NCBI RefSeq assembly: GCF_030028105.1
Contig: NC_092375.1
Span: forward strand, 170,933,415 to 170,997,414
Source of the DNA: Mobula birostris
Lineage: Eukaryota
Direction of reading: 5' to 3'
Length of the DNA: 64,000 nt
Each line of letters starts with the position of its first letter. Position 1 is the stretch's first letter. Of the stretch, positions 1 to 13,600 are shown one piece after another. The notes below the pieces were generated by a model that was not told the origin of the DNA, did not search any database, and saw nothing but the letters and a program-made list of their open reading frames with translations. The position numbers and the translations under genes were made by a program.

Positions 1-1449
1 AGGCAGCCAACCAGAAAATCCTCCCCCCTTTATTCTCACTGTTTGCTTCCTGACAGCCAGCCAGTTATCGATCCATCTTTTCTGTAATACCATGGGCTCT
101 TAGTTTGTTAAACAGCCACAGTGTGTCATGTTGCCAAAGGTCTTCTGAAAATCCAAGTAAATTGCATCCACTGACTCTTTGAGAAAAGGAAAGCCTTTAC
201 CTTTTTAATAATATTTACTTTGAAATATTTAAATAGAGTTATAGAGAAGTACAGCACAGATATATTTCTTCAGCCCAGTAAGTCCATGGTGACAAAGGTG
301 CCCCTCAGTTATGTTCTGTAAATCCCTGAAAGGCTTGCCCCTCTGTGTACCTTTCCAAGTGGTTCTTAAATGATTCTATTGTACCTCCCTCAACCATTTC
401 CTCTGATAGCTTGTTCCATATACTGATCACCCTCTGTGTGTAAAAGTAGCCCCTCAGGTCCCTTTTTAAATCTTTTCCCTCCCACCCTAAACCTATGACC
501 CCTAGTTATGGTGTCCCCTACCCTGCGGAAACAATTGCTATCAGCAACTTTTACTGTGCCTCTCATAAATTTAAATGAAGTCATCTTTTATTCTCTTACA
601 TTCCAGGGAATAAAGACCTAACCAGGCCAACCTCTCCTTGTGACTCAGGCTTCTTGTCCTTTCAACATCCTCGTAAATCTTCTCTGCGTTCTTTTCTTTT
701 TTAACCACTTCTTTCCCCTAACAGGGTGACCAAAATTGTATGTAGTACTCCAAGTGTGTCCTCACCAGTCTGCTGTACAATTGCAACATACTGTCCCAAG
801 CCCTGTACTCAACACCCTGACTGACGAAAGCCAGTGTGCTAAACGGCTTTTTAACCACTCTGTCTGTCTGTGATGCTACTTTCAATGAACTATGCACCTG
901 TACTCCTATGTGTTTCTGTCTCACTACACTCTCTAGTGTCGTACCATTCATAGAACAAGTCTATACAGGTTTGACTTTCCAAAATGCATCACCTCATACT
1001 TATCTGTATTAAAATCCTCAGCCCACAACTCAAGCTAATCAAGATCTCCCCGTAACATGTAACAACCTTCTTGGCCGTGCTAAAATCCAAGTAGACAAAA
1101 TTCACTGCCATACCCTCAGCTACTTTTTTGGTTACTTCTTCAAATCAACATTAAAAGATTCATAAAGCATGACTTTCGACGCACAACGTGATCATTCTAT
1201 CTGTCCAAGTGCTATCCCTCAGAATTCCCTCTAGTAACTTCCTCTGTACTGATGTCAGGCTGACCAGTCTGTAGTTCCCTGGCTTGTCCTTGTTACCCTC
1301 CTAAACAAAACAGCATTAGCCACCTTTTAGTCTTTTGAGAACTTCACCACCAGTGGGGAACAATGAAGTAAATATCTCTCCAAGGGCTTCCATAAATTCC
1401 TCTCGGGAATTAACCACCTTAATATGCTATAAGGCTGCAAAAACCTCCT

Positions 1450-1597
1450 GAACACAAGAGATTCCACTGATGCTGAAAATCCAGAGAAACTCACCAGTCC
1501 TGATGAAGGGTTTTGGCCCGAAACCTTAACTGTTTATTCCCAACAATAGATTTTGCCTGGCCTGCTGAGTTCCTCCAGTGTTTTGCATGTGTTACTC
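1450..1597 (+). mobile_element. Short Penelope pseudo-LTR-derived element with degenerate hammerhead motif
   Basis: cagtc CTGATGA A GGGT tttg GCCC GAAA cctt aactg (1495-1532), followed by cctggcctgctgagttcctccag...tgtgtt, the same end as the Penelope at 14088-14736. Confidence 0.75.
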
Positions 1598-2401
1598 TGC
1601 AAAAACCTTTGCCCTGTTAGTATGAATGTTCTTCAGAACATCTCCACTTGTTTCCCTTTTTCTTGAGCCACATAATTTTATCCTCAGTCAGGAGAAATGT
1701 TCATTAATAATCCCACCCACGTTCTGTGGCTCAAGGCATAAGCCGCTCTGTTGATCTCTAAGGGAAGACTCTCTCATTAAATGCTCTTTTAATATAGCTA
1801 TAGAAACTCTTCGGATTTTCCTTAACCGTACATTGCAGATCTATCTCATACCTTACTTTGCCCTTCTGATTTTCCCTTTAAACATATTGTTAGTCTTTAT
1901 ATAGTATCAAGGGGTTCACTTAACCCAACCTTCTCAACCAATGTTCATTTTCTTTTTTTCCTGACCAGATCCTCAATATTCTCTACCAGGGTTCCTTAAA
2001 CATGTTAGGTTTACCCTCACCCTAATAGGAATATGTTGACCCTGGACATGATATCTTAAAAGCCTCCTGCTTGCCATCCATTCCTTTCCACTCAAGCAGG
2101 TTTATCCAATCAACCTCTGCTAGATCTTGTCTAATTTCCACTGCTCCAGTTTAGGATCCTTATCTGTGGACCTGTCCTAATCTTTTCCATCACTGTCTTA
2201 GAAGTAATAAAATCATGGTCACTGGATCCAAAGTGGTCCCTGACTGGCATTCAGTTTCTTACCCTACCTTGTTCCCAAAGAGAAGGTGCAATAATAAATC
2301 CTCCTTAGTAAGGCCCTTTAGGTATTGATTTCAGGAAACTATCCTGGACACACTTCACAAATTCCATCCTGACTGGGCCTCTAAGCTCAGAGTAGCCCAG
2401 T

Positions 2402-2931
2402 CAGAGTTCAAAGTAAATTTATTATCAAAGTACATGTATGTCACCACATACCACCTGGAGATTCATTTCTTGTGGGCATAGTCAATAAATCCAATAACCA
2501 TAATAGAATCAATGAAAGAACACACCAACTGGGCAGACAACCGGAGTGCAAAAGACAATAAACTGCAATTACAAAAAGAAAGATTAAAAAAAGGAAATAA
2601 TGATAAATAAACAAGCAAAAAATATCAAGAAGCTGAGGTTAAAAGTCCTTGAAAATGAGTCCATATGTTGTGGGAACATTTCACTGATGGGACAAGTGTA
2701 GTTCAGTGAGGGTATCCCCCTTGATTCAACAGCCTGATGGTTGAGGAATAATAACTGTTCCTGAACCTGGTGGTGTGAGTCCTGGGCTCCTGTATTTTCT
2801 TCCAGATGTCAGCAGCAAAAAGAGAGCATGATCTGGGCGGTGAGGGTCCTTGATGGTGGACACTGCTTTCCTGTGACAACGCTCCGTGTAGATGTGCTCA
2901 ATGGAGGGGAGGGCTTTAACTGTGGTGGACT
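2402..2931 (-). mobile_element. Rex1/Babar-type LINE 3' fragment
   Basis: Minus strand has ccatcaaggaccctcacc, gaacagttattattcctcaaccatcaggctg and an aataaatttactttgaactctga tail. Confidence 0.6.
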
Positions 2932-3627
2932 AATTAGTGCGAGCTTTTAATTTAAAACACCGTGGAAATTAAAAGCTCCCACTAATACAACCCTATTATT
3001 CTTACTACTATGAGCAATTTCTCTACACACCTGCTCCTCAAATCCTTGTCGCACAATATCCTTGTCACACCTGTAGCACCTGTCTTCTGAAATATTGAGC
3101 TGCCAGTCTTGCACTTCTCTCAGACACATTTCTCATCTAGCTATTACATCCTCGAGTTCAGAACCAATCTACGCTCTGAGTTCGCCTGCCTTACCTGTTA
3201 ACCCTCATGCATTAAAATAAAAGAAATTTCACTGAATATTCATTTCTCTCCCTTTGCTGTGCCCTGGCTATCCTCATTAATAAACTTGTTCTTGCAGTCT
3301 ACTGGGTTAACCCATGATTTGCTACCACTCAGAAATCCCGCCTCCTGCCAACCCTGTGTAGTAATAGCAAATTTCCCTGCAAGGACATTGGTCCCTCTCT
3401 GGTTCAAATGCAACCTATCCCTCTGTACAGGTCACCCCTGCCTCAAAAGAGATTCTAATGATCCATGGAACCTGAATCCCTGCCACCTGCAACAGGTCCT
3501 CAGCCTCACATTCATCAGGCCTGTGTTTCAGTTTCTGACATTGCTAGCGCGTGGCACTGGAAGTAATCTGGAGACCACTACCCTTGAGGCCTTGCTCATT
3601 AACACTTTACCTCATTTGGAGCTCGCT

Positions 3628-4142
3628 ACATGGAGCTTAGAGAAATAGAGGGCTATGTGGTAGGGTAATTCTGCCCAGATTCTAAAGTAGGTTACATGGT
3701 CGGCACAACATTGTGGGCTGAAGGGCCTGTAATGTGCTGTAGATTTCTATGTTTCTATATTTCTGTGTTTCTATCGAGCCTAGTGCTGTTCCTGACTGAA
3801 TTGAACTTTAGTAAGGTATTGGTTATGGTCTTTCTTTGAAGATCCTATGATAGCTATTAGATTTAAGACAACCTATAAGGTATTTGTGCAGTTACTTTAG
3901 TGATAATTGCTCTTAAGTTCCTTCCCCTTCTTTTTGCTTGATTTTTGTACTATTATTGTGAAGGTCACTAATGAAGGTAGTGGAAGTGGGTACTATAGGG
4001 TCTTTTAAGAGACTCTTGGAGCTTAGGAAAATAGAGGGCTATGTGGTAGGGTAATTCTAGGCAGTTTCTAGATTAGATTACATGCTTGGCACAACATTGT
4101 GGGCCGAAGGGCCTTTAATGTGCTGTAGATTTCTATGTTCTA
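3628..4142 (+). mobile_element. Two short 5'-truncated CR1 3'-end copies (about 3628-3775 and 3975-4142)
   Basis: Both read ggagcttag..aaatagagggctatgtggtagggtaattct...gtgctgtagatttctatgtt, similar to the 3' end of the CR1 at 27151-27996. Confidence 0.7.
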
Positions 4143-6164
4143 TATAATAATTTCTTATACTCATTCTGCAGGACCTTGTCTCCTGTTCTACCTATGTCAT
4201 TTGGACTAATGAGTACAACAAACTCTGCTATTTATCCTCCCCCTCAACAACCACTCAGAAACATCATTGATCCTGGCATCCACAAAGCAACACACTATTT
4301 TGGTGTCTCCTCTTCTAATACTTCTAAAATGTCTGTGGTCATCGCCCTTTAAAGGCCTTTTTTGAAGAACAAGCTTTCAGAAGAGCATGTGGGCAGTGCT
4401 TGCAGGACAGTGTAGCCACAGTTTGATAGAAATAGCATAGGAGCGGGTGGTGACAGGGTGTGGGGAGTGCACCGAACAGGCTAGATCAAGCGTAGGTAAT
4501 CTGTTAAATTCTCTTAATTTTGTGTTTTACATTGCATCATTTTAATTTGTAATAATTGTCATCTCTTGATATTAGCTACATAGATCATCTGAATGTCAGT
4601 AAAATTTAGCTTGCTTCCTCAAGGTGAAAAACCAGGAGATGAGCAGATATAACAACATACATTCCTAGAGCAGATTTACACCTACAAACATCTGAGCCCT
4701 TAAATCTTTAGAGATGCAATACAGATGCTGACCACTGATAGAAGTGTTTAAAAATAAATGACTAAAATCAAGAGTGATGAGTTTAAGGATCCTACACAAT
4801 TTCAAAAGAGAAATAACGAGAAGGAAAGGATTCATGGTGGAACGTGGGAGGGATAATTGCACAAGAATCTGGAGTTGAATGGATAAAGGACAAAGACCGA
4901 TGGAGCTCACCCAAAGTAAAGTTGAATAACATTAGAGATTTGTAGAGTATGAAGACTTTGATATAGCATTCGAGAGGAAACCAAGAAGGGAGGGCTGAAT
5001 TCTGTTTGGGTGTTGATTGATGTACTCTTGTCAAGAGTTGGCCGCATAGATAGGTGAGAACCATTTTACAACTGCGCACAGAGCCTAGGAGCTGCCGAAG
5101 GAGAAATCTGGTGGTTTTAGGAGGTGTGCTTATAATTTGCATTATTTTTCCCTTATTTTTTCCACGTTTCCTTCCAAAATATCATGATAGCAGCGCAGAT
5201 CAAACGGAGGACTTCAGAAATAGAATATATGCCACTAGCAATTATTCTTTCCAGATGCATGGATATCTCTCTATTTCTCCGAAGAAAATATGTCGTGCTG
5301 CCACATTAAAGAAATTTATCTGTGGTCTACTAATTGGGTGAGCAAATAAAACAGTTCGTGGCTGACAAAAAGTATAACCTTCAAATTCTTCATATGTCGC
5401 CTTTGTGCTCATAACAGTCAGTAGTAAAAAATTGCTTCACTTATGATCTTTGGCTTTTTTTAAAGCAACAGCAAGGTCTTGGAGTAGGTCTCCCTGGGAG
5501 CAGATCTTGACTTCAGTGCCTTGTAAATTAAATGATGGTGAATCAACAGACTGCTTTGCAACTTCCCATATTTTTGTTTCTGCTGATCTCAACCAACCAC
5601 AGATAAAGTCACAAATCTAAGAGCAGTTCTAATTGTTAGCCTTCTCTGCAAGCAACAATCTCTACCCCGCCCCCCAGTTGTGTGTTTTGTTGTGCATCCT
5701 TTAATTGGCTGCAGTGTTTCAAATATTACAGAACCATTCAACTAACATTTTACCAAATCTGCTCATCTCTCAAAAACTAGAGTCACTTCAGTCCTCTTTT
5801 TTAAAAATGTCTCTTGATCTTCACGAGATCTTTTTTGAACAGAGTCTACTCTCTGAAGATATAACTCTCTAGTTTATGTTCATATTCCCAGAGGTGGATT
5901 GCATTCTCTTTCAGGGCAAGGACAGTATTAACAATGAATGTCAAAGAAACTGTGATGCTAAATATTCTTGATACTGTCAACCAAATAGACCAAACTGGTG
6001 TGTTGGTGTATAAAACAGGTGGCAAGCATGTGGCTCGGTTTATTTCATTTGATAATGAAGCCACTGTGACAAGGCCATTACTTTTTTAAAGAGTAGTAGG
6101 TTTCTCAAAGATTACTGGGGTAATTAAAGTCCCATAAACAACCAGGCAACTGCTATGGAGACGT

Positions 6165-6350
6165 AGGAGACTGCAGATGCTGTAATCTGGAGCAATACAC
6201 AAAACGCTGGAGGAACTCAGCAGGTCAGTCAGCATCTATTGAGAGAAATGGACAGAGGAAGGATCTTGATCCACAACATCAGCTATTCATTTTCCTTCAC
6301 AGATGCTCCCCGACCTGCAGAGTTCCTTCAGCAGTTTGTGTGTTGTCCAA
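6165..6350. mobile_element. Palindromic (foldback) non-autonomous element made of inverted Penelope pseudo-LTR ends
   Basis: The arm caatacacaaaacgctggaggaactcagcaggtc..agcatct is inverted relative to agatgct..gacctgcagagttccttcagcagtttgtgtgttg. Confidence 0.75.
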
Positions 6351-7628
6351 GGAGCTGCTATGATTTGTATATCCTGGGATTACTTGGAATCCCTGATATT
6401 AGAAATGAATTCATTGAGTGACTTGCTTTGTACTAATCACTGCTCAAAAGAACAAGTTGTAGGTTGGTGAGGTGGCCTAATAACTTTACTCTGAATACAA
6501 TTGATTTTTAAATGTTATCTCTGAAGTATTCATCGTAAAACATGTGACATCATCTACCTTAAATTGTCCAAGTAACAAAACTTTAAAACATTATTGGACA
6601 AAATTTGACTCCTGCTCATGTTAAAGGAGAGGAAGCAGACCTAAAGTCAAGTTGGACACTCAGTGTCATTTTCCCAGCAGCCTTGCGTTGGTCACTGCCT
6701 AAACCCAGCAATAACCTCATCGGTCTGTGCTAGCCTGCATTTAGTATCACAGAAACATGTAACAGTTTTAATGTCCCTGTTGTGGCCTAATGCCTAAGGC
6801 GTGGAAATTTTGAGGGATCAATTACAATGTGATATTCACTGAATGACATTGCAGTTTGGTATTTAATTTCTAAGACCAGACCTTCTTTTTAGACTCACTT
6901 TGTTTTCTACTGATGTTGAAGATTTGCAATGAGACCTTTCATATTTTTTCCTTTGTAACATCTCCTTTGTACGCAATGAATATCATTATGTGCCGTGTCA
7001 TGACAACTATATTATAGAGTTTTTTTCATTTTTCAAATCTATCATAACTGAAGTTAATTAGACCAAAATAAACTCCAGATACTGGAAGTGCAAAACAAAT
7101 CTCCAAGTGCTGGAATATACAGGGGATCAAGCAGTGTCCATCGAGATAAAAAAACATTGGGCTAACATTTTAGATCAATGATTCTTCATCAGGATCAAAG
7201 TGGGGATAAAGGAGTTTCAAGTTGCAGAAAGGGGGATATGAAGAAAAGGGAGAGGATTTCTAAGATAGAGTGCAGGCTGGTGTTATCAAGATAACTCTGA
7301 CTTCAAATGCAGGCCATTAGAGAGATGAGAAAAACAGAAACAGAAACTGAACCTGTAATAGCCAGCAACATTTATAGAGAGAAGCAAAACATTTGAATCC
7401 AATACTGAGATCTGCAAAATAGCCATGCAGAAGATGAGGTGCCGTTCCCTGGGAATCTTTGGAATGTTTCAACACGACAAGGACAGGAGTCAAAGTGGAA
7501 ACTGGACAGGGAAGTGACCATGGCTTCTGACTACCATAGTTGACAAGAATCTCAACCATGTGTCTTCTTTTTCCTGCTCTTCGGCTTATAACATTGTTAA
7601 TAATTCATTTCCTTTTCACTTTGCACAG

Positions 7629-7697
7629 GGGCCTCCAGGACCTCAAGGTCTTCCAGGAGGTCGTGGTTTACCTGGTGAGGGTTGGCCAGGAATGAAG
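7629..7697 (+). CDS. COL28A1: Collagen exon A (69 nt) [23 protein letters not shown]
   Basis: ttgcacag|GGG...AAG|gtatat; phase 0-0. Confidence 0.93.
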
Positions 7698-10600
7698 GTA
7701 TATGTAATTCTATACATTAAATATACACATAGAATCTCTCTTTAACTACAAAAGATTCACCTAAAGCTACCTGAAGGTAATGTTAGAACATGTAGAAAAG
7801 AAATTTCCCACCAGCAGGATGCACCCAGCATGTTACATTTTTATCAAGGCCAATGTTTCTCTCGATGTTGAACAAGGTTATGCATATGCTAAAACTAATA
7901 TGTGTGTCTGCTACAGGCTATACAATATGTAGCTGAGGCAGCAAGAATTTTTAAAAGTATGCATAGGCCAGTTTATTATTCAATCTCCCTAGGAACATTT
8001 GAGGTGGATGCTAGGTAGGTAAATACAGGAGTGAGTTCTCAACCACTAGATTATGAAAGCTCAATATGGGGTGCCATGATGACATGCTGGTTAGTGCGCG
8101 CTGTTACAGTTCCTGAGTTTGGAGTTCAGTTCTGGGGTCGTACTGTAAAATATCTCTGTACATCACCCTCCTCATGGGCTTTCCCCAGGTGCTCTGGTTT
8201 CTTCCCTTAGTCCAAAGGCATAACAGGTATGTTAATTGGTCATTGTAAATTGCCCTGCAATTAGATTATGAAGACACGTAGTCCTCTTTTATTGTCATTT
8301 ACTAATGCATGCATTAAGAAATGATACAATATTTCCTCCGATGTGATATCACAAAACACAGAACAGACCAAGACTGAAAAACTGACAAAACCACATAATT
8401 ATAACATATAGTTACAACAGTACAACAATACCATAACTTGATGAAGAAGTCCATGAGCACAGTAGAAGTTCAAAGTCTCTCAAATGTCCCACATCTCACG
8501 CAGACGGGAGAAGGAAGAAAAACTCTCCCTGCCATGCCGACCACAGTCCGACTCTGAGTCATCTGAAAACTTCGAGCTCTGATCAGCTCTCCAACACCGA
8601 GTACTGAGCGCCATCTCTGTCCGAACGATTCAACCTCAACCTCGGTCGCTAAAAGCAGGCAAAGCTGAGGATTTTGAGGCCTACCCTCCGAAAGATTCTG
8701 GACCACACAGTAACGACAGCAGCGAACGAGCGTTTCAGAAATTTCTCCAGATGTTCCTCTGTGCTTTCACGTCCCTCTCCATCAAATCAGAATTGTCCAC
8801 GGCCCCTATCATTTTTCACCTGGGGGCTGCGCACGCGCAGGCGCGCTGCTCTCTCTCCTCCCGCCTTAGGTTAAGGTTAATCGGGTTCGTCGGGGGTTGC
8901 TGCTGTAGTGTGACTCAAAAGGCTGGAGGGGCCTAGTCAGTGTTGTACCACTAAAATAAAAAATATTTATGGCTGAAACATTATCTAACGTACCCAAGGA
9001 GGAATTGTTAAAATAAATTGCTAGTTGTTACTTTGTTGCACCCTTAGTTCCCAACCTTGTTGAGCGAAGGGCTGGCTTGTTCATACTCAGTAAAATATGA
9101 CTTCTCCTGAAATGAGCTTCTTTTGACATAAGGATACAAGAGACATAGATAAGGAAGAAGGTTAAAAATGGTAGGGATATCAAAAACAAGAGAACACAGG
9201 TTTAGGATGAGAGGAACCAGTCTCACAGAGGATCTAAGGCAAGGCACGCATGCCCAAAATGGCATGCATAAAATATTTTGTTGGCATGTGTCATGCAGTG
9301 CCGCACTCAATTCTTTAAACAGCTCACATACTGAAGAGAACAGTAACGATTATCTTAATGCTGAATGAAACAGCAAATGATTCTATTACAACTCGAGAGC
9401 AGTGACGTGTTTTCATGGGAAATATCTCACACTGGCTTGGCACCAGCTAAATAACTGCAAGAGCACATAGCATTGAATGATACGTTTTAAAACCCTCACA
9501 GATCTGGTGTACAGATCAGTATTTGTACAGTAAACAGTTACAATAACAATACTATTTAGAACTGATGTTATTATTCAATTGTCTTTTAAAGAACTTAATA
9601 TTAATAGTTTTTGAACAGATTTTCCAAAATGTTTCATTTATTTCCATCTGTCTCTGTTATACTTTTATTATCATAAAACATTGAATGCACGTAAATAAAC
9701 AACAGGATTCACCATTTTCTCTTAAAAGAAGTCCATAATTATTGTTACTAATTTATTAGAGAAATAATCACTAATCAATGATAATCTCTGCTCAAAATTA
9801 CCATAGCACACGAGAATTTTTAAGGGGATTATTGGCAATATGGATGCACACTCTCCAAAAACGTTTGCCAGCCCTGATCTGAGAGGAATATTTTTATACA
9901 GAGAGTGTGGTTGATACCTTGAACAAGCTGGAAAGGGAATGGTCAAATCAGATAATATTACTACATTTATGAGGCATTTAGACACACTTAAACAAGCAAG
10001 CATAAAAGGGTGTGGTTCTAATGCAGGCAAATAGGATTAGTGTAGATGGAGAAAAAAATCACCATATTCTGCTATACATCTCTGTGACTGTAGGACCTAC
10101 AGACTATTCCTCTTAATGAGATGTGGGTGTCTTAGAGTCTCAGAGACTGCTGGCAGCTCCCATGTGAGGGCAGTTTGTGTGAAGACTATACTTTACCTGT
10201 TGTATAAAGTTTAGTTACTAAGTTATCTCAACATCATTTCATCCTTGTGGACATCGTGTCAGTTTTGGTTCCCCACATGTTCCCACCAAACGGCATTCCC
10301 CTTCCTCTACCCATCCCTGCCCACCAAGTCCCCATAAGGCAAGGCATTACTGTATTACACAATTAGATTTGGAAGATATAAAATACTTACCCATATAGTG
10401 TAAAATAATTTAGATTTTTTAAAATCCAAATTCAGTGGCCACTTTATTAGGTACCGTACCTTCTGTACTTAATAAGGTGGTAACTGAGTGAACATCGTGA
10501 TCTTCGGCTGCTCTAGACCATCCACTTCAAGGTTCAACATGTTGTGCATTCAGAAATGCTCTTCTGAACCACTGTTGTAACGCCTGGTTATTTGAGTTAA

Positions 10601-13600
10601 CTGTCACCTTCCTGTCAGCTTGAATCAGTCTGGCCATTCTCCTCTGACAACCCTCATTAACAAGGCATTTTTGCCCATGGAACTACCACTCACTGGATTT
10701 TTTTTTTGTGTTTCACACCATTCTCCGTAATCTCTAGAGACTGTTCTGCTTGAAAACCCCAGGAGATCAGCAGCTTCCGAGATCTTCAAACCAGCCCATC
10801 TGATACCAAAAATCATTCCACGGTCAAAGTCACTTAGATTACGTTTCTTTCCTATTCTGATATTTGGTCTGAACCATTGAACTGAACCTCTTAACCATGC
10901 TTGCATGCTTTTATTCATTGAGTTGCTGCCATATGATTGGCTGATTAGATTTTGCATTACTGTAACATGCAGGTGTACAGGTGTACCTAATAAAGTGGCC
11001 ATTGTGTGTATATCCACTTGGTTTATTTTGACTGTGTTTTCCAGTCTAATCTGATCATTTTTTTTACACAAATATTATCTTTTGTTTTCATTTGTTCACT
11101 TCAATAACCTATTGTTAGGCTAATTGCACTCCCCCAGAGTACTGCTTCATTAATATTTGCTACACCAGGCAGCTAATAGAACTATATTCCATGCATCAAT
11201 TTGCAAACATGGTTCACCTAATTTGCACAGGGAACAAAATGGAACGTTTCAGTAACTGCCTGAGGGAGTGCAATGCCCCAACTTGTGTCAAAGAATTTGA
11301 TGATTGTTGAGGCTTGAGTTTTCACTTATGAAAGAGCGAATGGTGGATGGCAGTCAGAGATCATCTGTTTATTACCTTTGGTCCATAAGGATGTTGGCCC
11401 ATTGAGATGCCACAGGTGAGCTTGAAAAACAGGGTAAAGGCGAATTTTTACAGGAGCAAGTCCAGACCATAGGAGGCTACAGTAAGTAATTTTATGCCCT
11501 GAAGTAATGGGAACTGGACCAGAGTGCAGTTGGAGATGATTCCAGGCTCGATGATGGTCAAGTCGGAACAGAATGGAATCTCTGTATTGATATGAGACCC
11601 ACAATCAATTTCCAAATTTGATTAAAGCAGTCATATTGTAAGGTCACTTTGATTAGTGCTTCTCCTTTAATTGATGAGTGCTGCCTGGGGATGTTTATTC
11701 TGAATAAACTTCACTTTATATTTCAGCTTTGTGACACTCTCTGTTATTGGGCACTAACTGTTAAGGCTCTTTGGCACACAAATTGGAAGCATAGATCTCT
11801 TTACGCAACAGAGCTTACCTTCTGCAATCTTCCATTACCTTGTCCACTGCTTACAGCATGTGATCAAAAATTGTCCACTGATATGAAAATAACATTCCAT
11901 TTTATAAAACCTGATCAGCACTGATCTTAGAATAGCTGCACCAGATTTTCTCTGAAGAATTTGTGACAGCATGTCAGCCTTCTGTCTGCAGTCCTGAACA
12001 AAACTGTTCAGGACTGTACAGTCCTGTACAAAGCTGTACAGTTTGCACTTGTGGAATCTTGCAAGCCTCGGGCATTGCACAGCTGCACAGCTTTTAAGTT
12101 TCTAAGGTCACCTCAAGATAGAATTCCACATCAGATCAAGTTTCTTTGAGTTTAATCTACTGTTGCTATCTGACTTATTTTTCTTTATAATTTACTATAC
12201 TCTTAGGCATCAATTGGTGATGCCAAAGTTCTCTCAAACAACTCAATGAAGGATTATTTTCCTTTCATTTAAAGATTAGGGACAACAATGGAATGTAGTA
12301 TGATTGCTGTAACTTTTGTGTGACAGGGCGATCGTGGTTATGAAGGACCAAAGGGATCTCATGGAGCTCCAGGCGCAGGTATTAAGGGTGAAAAGGTGAG
12401 GAGCACATATGCCCAATTTATGATACAGTCTTAATTGCAACAGCGGCTGTAGATTGTGTGATTTGAAGTGAACATTTTAAGAACAAATAAGCTAAGTTTG
12501 TACAGTAGTAGATTTCTTTATAGTATATTTCTATTTGAAATAATGGAAACTGAATTTACCGTTTCATAAACTAGAGCTATAATATCCTGTATCCAGTATT
12601 TGAAACTGGCCTGTGCAATATGGGAGTAAACATGATTGTGCATTTGGAAGGTGCACTGGATTCTAATCATTTTGGTGAGAATCCAGCATCATAAGTGGCA
12701 AGCAGAATTTCTGAAATGCTGATTGGTGTAACATTAGAGATGATAATAGGAAATCAAGAATATTAAAATTAAATATTTACATAAAGGAGACTAAAACCAC
12801 ACAGACCACCGACACAATCTGAGTGTTTACCCTGATAATTCTGGCTCAGTTACATATCATAGATACCAGCTAAAGTCAACTAAATCTTGATAGTTTAAAT
12901 TGCTAACTATGATCCTTAGCTGAGTGTTGTTGTCGAGAGGACCATTCAGACTTTAAATCCACTCCTGTCAGGGACTGGGGGAAAATCTAAGTGGTGCGTC
13001 CACTCAGCGCTAATAATCCAAAGTACGAAATTCTGAAGTTCCCTACCGGAAGTAGTGATTTCTGTAAGCCTGAATTTAGAGAGTGTGGGAGAAATAGTCC
13101 AGGTGAGCCCCAAAGAAGAGAGTAAATCTGGGGCATTTGGAATGCGGATCCCAGCCCGCTTTAATGGCTGGCTCTTATTTCCATCATTTTTCCTGTTCAC
13201 CATTAAGCAAGACGTACCATCTGGTCAGCAGGTGGAAGGAGGAAACGAGGTCACAGCTGGAGAAACGTGGGAATCATTGTCTGCATTCAGAGGTGGAATG
13301 CGGCGGGTAGTCTGAAATCGACGCAGAAATAGGGGGAGCATATTGGTGAAGGGAGACCCAAGACATCCTCTTCAGTCCCCGAGGAGCACTACACTGCAAC
13401 TTGCCTCACAAGGAAATCTGAATTTATGTTTTACAACTCACCAGCCCATCTGTTTTGCCAGTCTAGCTGTTCTGATCTGCCTTAATATTTCAGGACTAGT
13501 CCTGAACTGCTAATCAAGACCCAGTCTGCCTATTTAAAGGTGGAGGCAACTTCCTTCCTGCAGGTTTCCTGCTCATATGGCCAAAAGTGCAGGCTGCCAC

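Larger units (their letters stand above)
233..3615 (-). mobile_element. Degenerate CR1-clade LINE (ORF2 C-term, APE fragment, ORF1 esterase region), interrupted by later inserts
   Basis: ORF 718..951 (LVRTHLEYYIQFWSP); ORF 2947..3129 (CREIAHSSKNNRVVLVGAFNF); GDLY..RLHLNQRGTNVLAGKF-like sequence near 3370-3470. Confidence 0.75.

Noticed and set aside
5466-5510. GLGVGLPGSR, resembling a collagen G-X-G module
   Set aside because: Only about three triplets, an in-frame TGA follows, there is no donor site, and it does not fit the 69-nt pattern.
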